A stretch of DNA of 14,991 nucleotides. Origin: Neoechinorhynchus agilis. Lineage: Eukaryota > Animalia > Acanthocephala. Below the pieces are notes generated by a model, which saw only the letters and a program-made list of their open reading frames with translations, was not told where the DNA came from and ran no database searches. This document shows, one piece after another, positions 1-10,665 of this stretch. The position numbers and the translations under genes were made by a program. The stretch is from assembly GCA_051530055.1 (NCBI GenBank), contig JBMGUZ010000066.1:1-14991 (forward strand), in the 5' to 3' direction. Within the stretch, counting starts at the first letter, position 1. Every line of letters starts with the position of its first letter.

Positions 1-3000
1 ACGAGAATACCAAAATTTCCATTCTTTCGCGCATTGAAATGTAGAAAAGTCGACGTTATTTGCTGACGTCACGCGAATACCGAAATTTCCATTGTTTCAC
101 GCATTAAAATGTGGAAACAGTCGACTTGATTTGCTGACGTCACGCGAATACCAAAATTTCTATTCTTTCGCACATTAAAATGTGGAAACGTCGACGCTTA
201 TTTGCTGACGTCACGAGAATACCAAAAATTTCCATTCTTTCACGCATTAAAATGCGGAAACAGTCGACTTGATTTGCTGACGTCACGCGAATACCGAAAT
301 TACCATTCAATCACGCATTAAAATGTGGAAACAGTCGACTTGATTTGCTGACGTCACGAGAATACAAAAATTTCCATTCTTTGGCGCATTAAAATGTGGA
401 AACAGTCGACTTGATTTGCTGGCGTCACGCGAATACCAAAATTTCTATTCGTTCGCACATTAAAATGTGGAAACGTCGACGCTCATTTGCTGAAGTCACG
501 AGAATACCTAAATTTCCATTCTTTCACGCACTAAAATGTGGAACGGTCGACTTGATTTGGTGACGTCACGAGAGTACCAAAATTTCTATTCTGTCGCTCA
601 TTAAAATGTGGAGACAGTCGACTTGATTTGCTGACGTCACGTGAATACCGAAATTTCCATTCAATCACGCATTAAAATGTAGAAAAGTCGACTTGATTTG
701 ATGACGTCACGAGAAAAACAAAATTTCCATTCCTTCGCTCATTAAAATGTGGAAACAGTAGACTTGATTTGCTGACGTCACGAGAATACCAAAATTTCCA
801 TTCTTTCACGCATTAAAATGTGGAACCTACGACTTGATTTGCTGACGTCACCCGAATACAAAAATTTCCATTCTTTCACGCATTAAAATGTGGAAACAGC
901 CGAATTGATTTGCTGACGTCACGCGAATACCGAAATCTCCATTCTTTCACGCATTAAAATGTGGAAACAGTCGACTTGATTTGCTGACGTCACGCGAATA
1001 CCAAAATTTCAATTCTTTCGCGCATTAAAATGTTGAAAAGCCGACTTGATTTGCTGACGTCACGAGAATACCAAGATTTCCATTCTTTCGCGCATTAAAA
1101 TGTAGAAAAGTCGACGTTATTTGCTGACGTCACGCGAATACCGAAATTTCCATTCAATCACGCATTAAAAAGGTGAAACAGTCGACTTGATTTGCTGACG
1201 TCACGAGAATACCAAAATTTCCATTCTTTCACGCATTAAAATGTGGAAAATTCGACTTGATTCGCTGACGTCACCCGAATGTCAAAATTTCCATTCTTTT
1301 GCGCATAAAAATGTGGAAACACTCGACTTGATTTGCTGAACTCACGAGAATGCCAAAATTTCAATTCTTTCACGCAATTAAATGTGGAACGGTCGACTTG
1401 ATTTGCTGACGTCACGAGAGTACCAAAATTTCCATTCTTTCGCGCATTAAAATGTGAAAACAGTTGACTTGATTTGCTCACGTCACGAGAATACCGAAAT
1501 TTCCATTCAATCACGCATTAAAATGTAGAAAATTCGACTTGATTTGCTGAAGTCACGAGAATACCAAAATTTCCATTCTTTCACGCAATAAAATGTGGAA
1601 CAGTCGACTTGATTTGCTGACGTCACGAGAGTACCAAAATTTCTATTCTTTCGCGCATTAAAATGTGGAACCAGTCGACTTGATTTGCTGACGTCACGAG
1701 AATAAAAAAATTTCCATTCCTTCGCTCATTAAAATGTGGAAAATTCGACTTGATTTGCTGACGTCACGCGAATACCGAAATTTCCATTCAATCACGCATT
1801 AAAATGTAGAGAAGTCGACTTGATTTGATGACGTCACGAGAAAACCAAAATTTCCATTCTTTCGCGATTTAAAATGTGGAAACAGTCGACTTGATTTGCT
1901 GACGTCGCGAGAATACCAAAATTTCCATTCTTTCGCGCATAAAAATGTAGAAAAGTCGACTTAATTTGCTGACGTCACGAGAATACCAAAATTTCCATTC
2001 TTTCGCGAATTAAAATGTGGAAAAGTCGACTTGATTTGCTGACGTCACGCGAATACCGAAATTTCCATTCAATCACGCATTAAAATGTAGAAAAGTCGAC
2101 TTGATTTGATGACGTCACGAGAAAACCAAAATTTCCATTTCTTCACGCATTAAAATGTGGAAACAGTCGACTTGATTTGCTGACGTCACGAGAATACAAA
2201 AATTTCCATTCTTTCACGCATTAAAATGTTGAAAATTCGACTTGATTTGCTGACGTCACCCGAATACAAAAATTTCCATTTCTTCACGCATTAAAATGTG
2301 GAAACAGTCGACTTGATTTGCTGACGTCACGAGAATACCTAAATTTCCATTCTTTCACGCATTAAAATGTGGAAAATTCGACTTGATTTGCTGAAGTCAC
2401 GAGAATACCAAAATTTCCATTCTTTCACGCAATAAAACGTGGAACAGTCGACTTGATTTGCTGACGTCACGAGAAAACCAAAATTTCCATTCTTTCGCGC
2501 ATTTAAATGTGGAAACAGTCGACTTGATTTGCTGACGTCACGCGAATACCAAAATTTCTATTCTTTCGCACATTAAAATGTGGAAACGTCGACGCTTATT
2601 TGCTGACGTCACGAGAATACCAAAAATTTCCATTCTTTCACGCATTAAAATGCGGAAACAGTCGACTTGATTTGCTGACGTCACGCGAATACCGAAATTA
2701 CCATTCAATCACGCATTAAAATGTAGAAAAGTCGACTTGATTTGATGACGTCACGAGAAAACCAAAATTTCCATTCTTTCGCGCATTAAAATGTGGAAAC
2801 AGTCGACTTGATTTGCTGACGTCACGCGAATACCAAAATTTCTATTCTTTCGCACATTAAAATGTGGAAACGTCGACGCTTATTTGCTGACGTCACGAGA
2901 ATACCAAAAATTTCCATTCTTTCACGCATTAAAATGCGGAAACAGTCGACTTGATTTGCTGACGTCACGCGAACACCGAAATTACCATTCAATCACGCAT

Positions 3001-6000
3001 TAAAATGTAGAAAAGTCGACTTGATTTGATGACGTCACGAGAAAACCAAAATTTCCATTCTTTCGCGCATTAAAATGTGGAAACAGTCGACTTGATTTGC
3101 TGACGTCACGCGAATTCCAAAATTTCTATTCGTTCGCACATTAAAATGTGGAAACGTCGACGCTCATTTGCTGAAGTCACGAGAATACCTAAATTTCCAT
3201 TCTTTCACGCACTAAAATGTGGAACAGTCGACTTGATTTGGTGACGTCACGAGAGTACCAAAATTTCTATTCTGTCGCTCATTAAAATGTGGAAACAGTC
3301 GACTTGATTTGCTGACGTCACGTGAATACCGAAATTTCCATTCAATCACGCATTAAAATGTAGAAAAGTCGACTTGATTTGATGACGTCACGAGAAAACC
3401 AAAATTTCCATTCCTTCGCTCATTAAAATGTGGAAACAGTAGACTTGATTTGCTGACGTCACGAGAATACCAAAATTTCCATTCTTTCACGCATTAAAAT
3501 GTGGAACCTACGACTTGATTTGCTGACGTCACGCGAATACAAAAATTTCCATTCTTTCACGCATTAAAATGTGGAAACGGCCGACTTGATTTGCTGACGT
3601 CACGCGAATACCGAAATTTCCATTCTTTCACGCATTAAAATGTAGAAAAGTCGACTTGATTTGCTGACGTCACGAGAATACCAAAATTTCCATTCAATCA
3701 CGCATTAAAAATGTGAAACAGTCGACTTGATTTGCTGACGTCACGAGAATACCAAAATTTCCATTCTTTCACGCATTAAAATGTGGAAAATTCGACTTGA
3801 TTCGCTGACGTCACCCGAATGTCAAAATTTCCATTCTTTCGCGCATTAAAATGTGGAAACACTCGACTTGATTTGCTGAACTCACGAGAATGCCAAAATT
3901 TCAATTCTTTCACCCAATTAAATGTGGAACGGTCGACTTGATTTGCTGACGTCACGAGAGTACCAAAATTTCCATTCTTTCGCGCATTAAAATGTGAAAA
4001 CAGTTGACTTGATTTGCTCACGTCACGAGAATACCGAAATTTCCATTCAATTACGCATTAAAATGTAGAAAAGTCGACTTGATTTAATGAAGTCACGAGA
4101 AAACCAAAATTTCCATTCCTTCGCTCATTAAAATGTGGAAAAGCCGACTTGATTTGCTGACGTCACGAGAATACCAAAATTTCCATTCTTTCGCGCATTA
4201 AAATGTAGAAAAGTCGACGTTATTTGCTGACGTCACGCTAATACGAAAATTTCCATTCTTTCGCGTATGAAAAGGCGGAAACAGTCGACTTGATTTGCTG
4301 ACGTCACGCGAATACCGAAATTACCATTAAATCACGCATTAAAATGTAGAAAAGTCGTCTTGATTTGATGACGTCACGAGAAAACCAAAATTTCCATTCT
4401 TTCGCGCATTTAAATGTGGAAACAGTCGACTTGATTTGCTGACGTCACGCGAATACCAAAATTTCTATTCTTTCGCACATTAAAATGTGGAAACGTCGAC
4501 GCTTATTTGCTGACGTCACGAGAATACCAAAAATTTCCATTCTTTCACGCATTAAAATGCGGAAACAGTCGACTTGATTTGCTGACGTCACGCGAATACC
4601 GAAATTACCATTCAATCACGCATTAAAATGTGGAAAAGTCGACTTGATTTGCTGACGTCACGAGAATACAAAAATTTCCATTCTTTCGCGCATTAAAATG
4701 TGGAAACAGTCGACTTGATTTGCTGACGTCACGCGAATACCAAAATTTCTATTCGTTCGCACATTAAAATGTGGAAACGTCGACGCTCATTTGCTGAAGT
4801 CACGAGAATACCTAAATTTCCATTCTTTCACGCACTAAAATGTGGAACAGTCGACTTGATTTGGTGACGTCACGAGAGTACCAAAATTTCTATTCTGTCG
4901 CTCATTAAAATGTGGAGACAGTCGACTTGATTTGCTGACGTCACGTGAATACCGAAATTTCCATTCAATCACGCATTAAAATGTAGAAAAGTCGACTTGA
5001 TTTGATGACGTCACGAGAAAACCAAAATTTCCATTCCTTCGCTCATTAAAATGTGGAAACAGTAGACTTGATTTGCTGACGTCACGAGAATACCAAAATT
5101 TCCATTCTTTCACGCATTAAAATGTGGAACCTACGACTTGATTTGCTGACGTCACCCGAATACAAAAATTTCCATTCTTTCACGCATTAAAATGTGGAAA
5201 CAGCCGAATTGATTTGCTGACGTCACGCGAATACCGAAATCTCCATTCTTTCACGCATTAAAATGTGGAAACAGTCGACTTGATTTGCTGACGTCACGCG
5301 AATACCAAAATTTCAATTCTTTCGCGCATTAAAATGTTGAAAAGCCGACTTGATTTGCTGACGTCACGAGAATACCAAGATTTCCATTCTTTCGCGCATT
5401 AAAATGTAGAAAAGTCGACGTTATTTGCTGACGTCACGCGAATACCGAAATTTCCATTCAATCACGCATTAAAAAGGTGAAACAGTCGACTTGATTTGCT
5501 GACGTCACGAGAATACCAAAATTTCCATTCTTTCACGCATTAAAATGTGGAAAATTCGACTTGATTCGCTGACGTCACCCGAATGTCAAAATTTCCATTC
5601 TTTTGCGCATAAAAATGTGGAAACACTCGACTTGATTTGCTGAACTCACGAGAATGCCAAAATTTCAATTCTTTCACGCAATTAAATGTGGAACGGTCGA
5701 CTTGATTTGCTGACGTCACGAGAGTACCAAAATTTCCATTCTTTCGCGCATTAAAATGTGAAAACAGTTGACTTGATTTGCTCACGTCACGAGAATACCG
5801 AAATTTCCATTCAATCACGCATTAAAATGTAGAAAAGTCGACGTTATTTGCTGACGTCACGCTAATACGAAAATTTCCATTCTTTCGCGTATGAAAAGGC
5901 GGAAACGGTCGACTTGATTTTCTGACGTAACGCGAATACCGAAATTTCCATTCAATCACGCATTAAAATGTAGAGAAGTCGACTTGATTTGATGACGTCA

Positions 6001-9000
6001 CGAGAAACCCAAAATTTCCATTTCTTCACGCATTAAAATGTGGAAACAGTCGACTTGATTTGCTGACGTCACGAGAATACAAAAATTTCCATTCTTTCAC
6101 GCATTAAAATATGGAAAATTCGACTTGACTTGCTGACGTAACGAGAAAACCAAAATTTCCATTCTTTCACGCTTTAAATTGTAAAAAATTCGACTTGATT
6201 TGCTGACGTAACGCGAATACCAAAATTTCCATTTAATCGCGCATTAAAATGTAGAAAAGTCGACTTGATTTGCTGACGTCACGCGAATACTGAAATTTCC
6301 ATTCAATCACGCATTAAAATGTGGAAAATTCGACTTGATTTGCTGAAGTCACGAGAATACCAAAATTTCCCTTCTTTCACGCAATAAAATGTGGAACAGT
6401 CGACTTGATTTGCTGACGTCACGAGAAAACCAAAATTTCCATTCTTTCGCGCATTTAAATGTGGAAACAGTCGACTTGATATGCTGATGTCACGCGAATA
6501 CCAAAATTTCTATTCTTTCGCACATTAAAATGTTGAAACGTCGACTTGATTTGATGACGTCACGAGAATACCAAAATTTCCATTCTTTCGCGCATTAAAA
6601 TGTGGATACAGTCGACTTGATTTGCTGACATCGCGCGAATACCAAAATTTCTATTCTTTCGGGAATTAAAATTTGGAAACGGTCGACTTGATTTGCCGAC
6701 GTTACGCGAATACCAAAATTTCAATTCTGTCGCGCATTAAAATGTGGAAAATTCGACTTGATTTGCTGACGTCACCCGAGTACCAAAAGTTTCCATTCTT
6801 TCACGCATTAAAATGCGGAAACAGTCGACTTGATTTGCTTACGTCACGCGAATACCGAAATTTCCATTCAATCACGCATTAAAATGTAGAAAAGTCGACT
6901 TGATTTGCTGAACTCACGAGAATGCCAAAATTTCCATTCTTTCGCGCATTAAAATGTGAAAACAGTTGACTTGATTTGCTCACGTCACGCGAATACCGAA
7001 ATTTCCATTTAATCACGCATTAAAATGTAGAAAAGTCGACTTGATTTGCTGAACTCACGAGAATGCCAAAATTTCCATTCTTTCGCGCATTAAAATGTGA
7101 AAACAGTTGACTTGATTTGCTTACGTCACGCGAATACCGAAATTTCCATTTAATCACGCATTAAAATGTAGAAAAGTCGACTTGATTTGCTGAACTCACG
7201 AGAATGCCAAAATTTCCATTCTTTCGCGCATTAAAATGTAGAAAAGTCGACTTGATTTGCTGACGTCACGAGAATGCCAAAATTTCCATTCTTTCGCGCA
7301 TTAAAATGTGGAAACAGTCGACTTGATTTAATGAAGTCACGAGAAAACCAAAATTTCCATTCCTTCGCTCATTAAAATGTGGAAAAGCCGACTTGATTTG
7401 CTGACGTCACGAGAATACCAAAATTTCCATTCTTTCGCGCATTGAAATGTAGAAAAGTCGACGTTATTTGCTGACGTCACGCGAATACCGAAATTTCCAT
7501 TGTTTCACGCATTAAAATGTGGAAACAGTCGATTTGATTTGCTGACGTCACGAGAATACCTAAATTTCCATTCTTTCGCACAAGAAAAAACGTGGAAAGG
7601 TCGACGCTTATTTCCTGACGTCACGCGAATACAAAAATTTCTATTCGTTCGCACATTAAAATGTGGAAACGTCGACGCTCATTTGCTGAAGTCACGAGAA
7701 TACAAAAATTTCCATTCTTTCACGCATTAAAATGTGGAAACAGTCGAATTGATTTGCTGACGTCACGCGAATACCGAAATCTCCATTCTTTCACGCATTA
7801 AAATGTGGAAAATTCGACTTGATTTGCTGAAGTCACGAGAATACCAAAATTTCCATTCAATCGCGCATTAAAATGTTGAAAAGTTGACTTGGTTTGATGA
7901 CGTCACGAGAAAACCAAAATTTCCATTCCTTCGCTCATTAAAATGTGGAAACAGTAGACTTGATTTGCTGACGTCACGAGAATACCAAAATTTCCATTCT
8001 TTCACGCATTAAAATGTGGAACCTACGACTTTATTTGCTGACGTCAGCCGAATACAAAAATTTCCATTTTTTCACGCATTAAAATGTGGAAACAGTCGAA
8101 TTGATTTGCTGACGTCACGCGAATACCGAAATTTCCATTCAATCACGCATTAAAATAATGAAACAGTCGACGTTTATTTGTTGAAGTCACGAGAATACCA
8201 AAATTTTCATTCTTTCACGCATTAAAATGTGGAAAAGTCGATTTGATTTGCTGACGTCACGAGAATACCTAAATTTCCATTCTTTCGCACAAGAAAAAAC
8301 GTGGAAAGGTCGACGCTTATTTCCTGACGTCACGCGAATACAAAAATTTCTATTCGTTCGCACATTAAAATGTGGAAACGTCGACGCTCATTTGCTGAAG
8401 TCACGAGAATACAAAAATTTCCATTCTTTCACGCATTAAAATGTGGAAACAGTCGAATTGATTTGCTGACGTCACGCGAATACCGAAATCTCCATTCTTT
8501 CACGCATTAAAATGTGGAAAATTCGACTTGATTTGCTGAAGTCACGAGAATACAAAAATTTCCATTCAATCGCGCATTAAAATGTAGAAAAGTCGACTTG
8601 GTTTGATGACGTCACGAGAGAACCAAAATTTCCATTCCTTCGCTCATTAAAATGTGGAAACAGTAGACTTGATTTGCTGACGTCACGAGAATACAAAAAT
8701 TTCCATTCTTTCACGCATTAAAATGTGGAACCTACGACTTGATTTGCTGACGTCACCCGAATACAAAAATTTCCATTCTTTCACGCATTGAAATGTGGAA
8801 ACAGTCGAATTGATTTGCTGACGTCACCCGAATACCGAAATTTCCATTCAATCACGCATTAAAATGTGGAAACGTCGACGCTCATTTGCTGAAGTCACGA
8901 GAATACCAAAATTTCCATTCTTTCACGCATTAAAATGTGGAAAATTCGACTTGATTTGTTGAAGTCACGAGAATACCAAAATTTCCATTCTTTCACGCAT

Positions 9001-9640
9001 TAAAATGTGGAACCTACGACTTGATTTGCTGAGGTCACCCGAATACCAAAATTTCCATTCTTTCACGCATTAAAATGTGGAAACAGTCGACTTGATTTGC
9101 TGACGTCACGAGAATACCAAAATTTCCATTCTTTCGCGCATTAAAATGTGGAAACAGTCGACTTGATTTGCTGACGTCACGAGAATACCTAAATTTCCAT
9201 TCTTTCACGCATTAAAATGTGGAAAATTCGACTTGATTTGTTGAAGTCACGAGAATACCAAAATTTCCATTCTTTCACGCATTAAAATGTGGAACCTACG
9301 ACTTGATTTGCTGAGGTCACGAGAATACCAAAATTTCCATTCTTTCACGCATTAAAATGTGGAAACGTCGACGCTTATTTGCTGACGTCACGAGAATACC
9401 AAAATTTCCATTCTTTCACGCATTAAAATGTGGAAAATTCGACTTGATTTGCTGACATCACGCGAATACCAAAATTTCCATTCTGTCACGCATTAAAATG
9501 TTGAAAAGTCGACTTGATTTGCTGACGTCACCCGAATACAAAAATTTCCATTCTTTCGCACAGGAAAAAACGTGTAAAGTTCGACGCTTATTTGCTGGCG
9601 TCACGCGAATACCAAAATGGATGTTCTTTCGTATAAAATT
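1..9640. repeat. Tandem satellite, 70-71 bp monomer, about 135 copies (runs off the window start). Consensus approx. GAAACAGTCGACTTGATTTGCTGACGTCACG(A/C)GAATACC(A/G)AAATTTCCATTCTTTC(A/G)CGCATTAAAATGTG
   Basis: The ACG(A/C)GAATAC anchor recurs at 1, 71, 142 and onward. The GTCGAC and TGACGTCA palindromes recur every ~70.6 bp through ~9600. The last monomer degenerates at ~9618-9640. Copy number is length divided by period, not a computed count. Confidence 0.97.
9632..9638 (+). promoter_or_regulatory. Candidate TATA box (TATAAAA) upstream of the TRAP-gamma-like gene
   Basis: Exact TATAAAA at 9632-9638, 168 bp before the ATG. An Inr-like TCAGTT follows at 9652-9657, but its spacing (about -22) is shorter than the canonical about -30. 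Confidence 0.3.
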
Positions 9641-9787
9641 GGTTCATTATCTCAGTTGTTTCGGTCACCGCTTCCTTGTTTTATTTTTGCGTAATGCAAT
9701 CATTAGATATTCGGGTGTTTTCGGTGTTTTTTCAATTGTTCGTTGCCGATTTTTCCGTTCAAATCGCACTGTTCGTACTGGGCCCGG

Positions 9788-9799
9788 TTTTTTGTTTAG
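9788..9799 (+). other. Strong 3' splice acceptor (TTTTTTGTTTAG) directly abutting the start codon; either a 5'-UTR intron acceptor or a spliced-leader trans-splice site
   Basis: T-rich tract ending in TAG at 9797-9799, immediately followed by the ATG at 9800. A possible cis donor (GTAATG) is at 9691. Confidence 0.5.
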
Positions 9800-10569
9800 A
9801 TGAGTTCATCTGATTCGGAAGTTCATAACGGAGACATTACCGAGGAGACCTTCGATGGATTTAATTTAGGCTCAATCGGATACGAACAATACAAATGGAA
9901 ATGTGCTCTGTTCAGTCTGCTTCCGTGTATTTCCCTATTATGTAAGAGAATTCGATTTTAAATATTTTCCTCACTATTCAATGAAAAAAAGGGATGTTCA
10001 ATTCCATAATACACTTGGAATTACTGAACCATTTGTTTCTTTATGCGATTGGTACAATCGCTACTTTTGTTTGCTTAAATTTATCTTATAAAGAAGCGAC
10101 GGAGCATCTAAAGTTTCGGTTTGTTTGCTTTACAAAAGAAAAATCACTTCTCTTTTTATGTGAATAGAATCGCTCAGAAAAGACAAGATTCGCTGAATCG
10201 ATATATCACCGATAATGTATTGACTGCAAAGGAACGAAAAATGATGAAAAGAGAAAAGGAAGAAATGTATGTATTGTTTATATGTTTAAATTTTAATTCT
10301 CATTTAGAATGATTGTTCGTAAACGAGAACTCGTGGATTACGAGGCTGCATTATTAAGCGTTGCTGTCGTTAATTCGCTGTTAGTTGTGAGCTCAACTTT
10401 TTTGGGATTGCTTTTATTCCGAGGTTCCGCTCCAGGATTGTGAGTGTTTGCTTTTAAACCATCGTTTTCTTAATGATGACCATTAAGTAACTACTTTGTA
10501 ACCACTTTGGTCGCCGGGTTTCTGACCTTTGGATATACCAAAAGCGGTTCACCCCTCTGGTTCATTTGA
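9800..10569 (+). CDS. SSR3: Divergent translocon-associated protein subunit gamma (TRAP-gamma / SSR3-like), 193 aa, 5 exons: join(9800..9941,9992..10118,10168..10266,10308..10439,10488..10569)
   Basis: Four GT..AG introns (50, 49, 41, 48 nt; phases 1,2,2,2) give a 582-nt stop-free CDS: MSSSDSEVHNGDITEETFDGFNLGSIGYEQYKWKCALFSLLPCISLLWMFNSIIHLELLNHLFLYAIGTIATFVCLNLSYKEATEHLKFRIAQKRQDSLNRYITDNVLTAKERKMMKREKEEIMIVRKRELVDYEAALLSVAVVNSLLVVSSTFLGLLLFRGSAPGFNYFVTTLVAGFLTFGYTKSGSPLWFI. Its motifs YK..LK.RIAQKRQD, RKM..EKEE, DYEA and P..NY align without gaps (constant offset +3) to human SSR3 as I recall it (YK..LKHKVAQKRED, RKMSRKEKDE, DYEA, NPTVNY). Four hydrophobic segments flank a charged central region, as in TRAP-gamma. 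Confidence 0.92.
9942..9991 (+). other. Intron 1 of the TRAP-gamma-like gene (50 nt, GTAAGA...AAAAAAAG, phase 1)
   Basis: Removal joins T+GG to give Trp48, which aligns to a Trp in recalled SSR3. Unspliced, the frame reaches TAA within a few codons. Confidence 0.82.
10119..10167 (+). other. Intron 2 of the TRAP-gamma-like gene (49 nt, GTTTGT...GAATAG, phase 2)
   Basis: Removal joins CG+A and restores LKF-R-IAQKR. Confidence 0.85.
10267..10307 (+). other. Intron 3 of the TRAP-gamma-like gene (41 nt, GTATGT...ATTTAG, phase 2)
   Basis: Removal joins AT+A and restores EKEE-I-MIVRKRELVDYEA. Confidence 0.88.
10440..10487 (+). other. Intron 4 of the TRAP-gamma-like gene (48 nt, GTGAGT...ATTAAG, phase 2)
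   Basis: Removal joins TT+T and restores APG-F-NYF, matching the P..NY motif. Confidence 0.85.
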
Positions 10570-10665
10570 TTAAAGATTGATTCGAGTCATAAAGATTTCT
10601 TTATTCAGATCAGAGAATGGTTTACAAGTTGCATTCTGCGCCCAAATATCAATTTATTCACCATT

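Noticed and set aside
86-117. Imperfect inverted repeat in each 70-bp monomer (TTTCCATT ... AATGTGGAAA) as a structured ncRNA or terminator
   Set aside because: The stem is short, bulged and AT-rich, and I saw no compensatory changes among monomer variants.
1236-8439. ORF-track entries inside array 1 (1236..1514, 3776..4021, 5540..5818, 6673..6882, 7500..7730, 8227..8439)
   Set aside because: The monomer length is not a stable multiple of 3, several use non-ATG starts, and they recur only because the DNA is duplicated. They are chance open frames.
1-9640. CRISPR array
   Set aside because: The sequence between the conserved palindromes is itself repeated, so there are no unique spacers. There are no cas genes, and the context is eukaryotic.
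1-9640. Baculovirus/nudivirus homologous region (about 70-bp units with palindromes and CRE-like sites)
   Set aside because: There is no long ~30-bp core palindrome, the copy number is far above typical hrs, and the neighbouring gene has spliceosomal introns and is a host ER gene.
9498-9803. 101-aa ORF running from the satellite into unique DNA, with its TGA overlapping the TRAP-gamma ATG (ATGA)
   Set aside because: It looks like prokaryotic translational coupling, but its first part is repeat translation, the rest is low-complexity Phe/Arg-rich UTR-like sequence, and it spans the putative promoter and acceptor. Most likely coincidence.
9903-10312. ORFs 9903..10091 and 10121..10312 as independent genes
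   Set aside because: They are explained by the spliced gene: the first is an off-frame read across exon 1, intron 1 and exon 2; the second is exon 3 plus flanking intron sequence.
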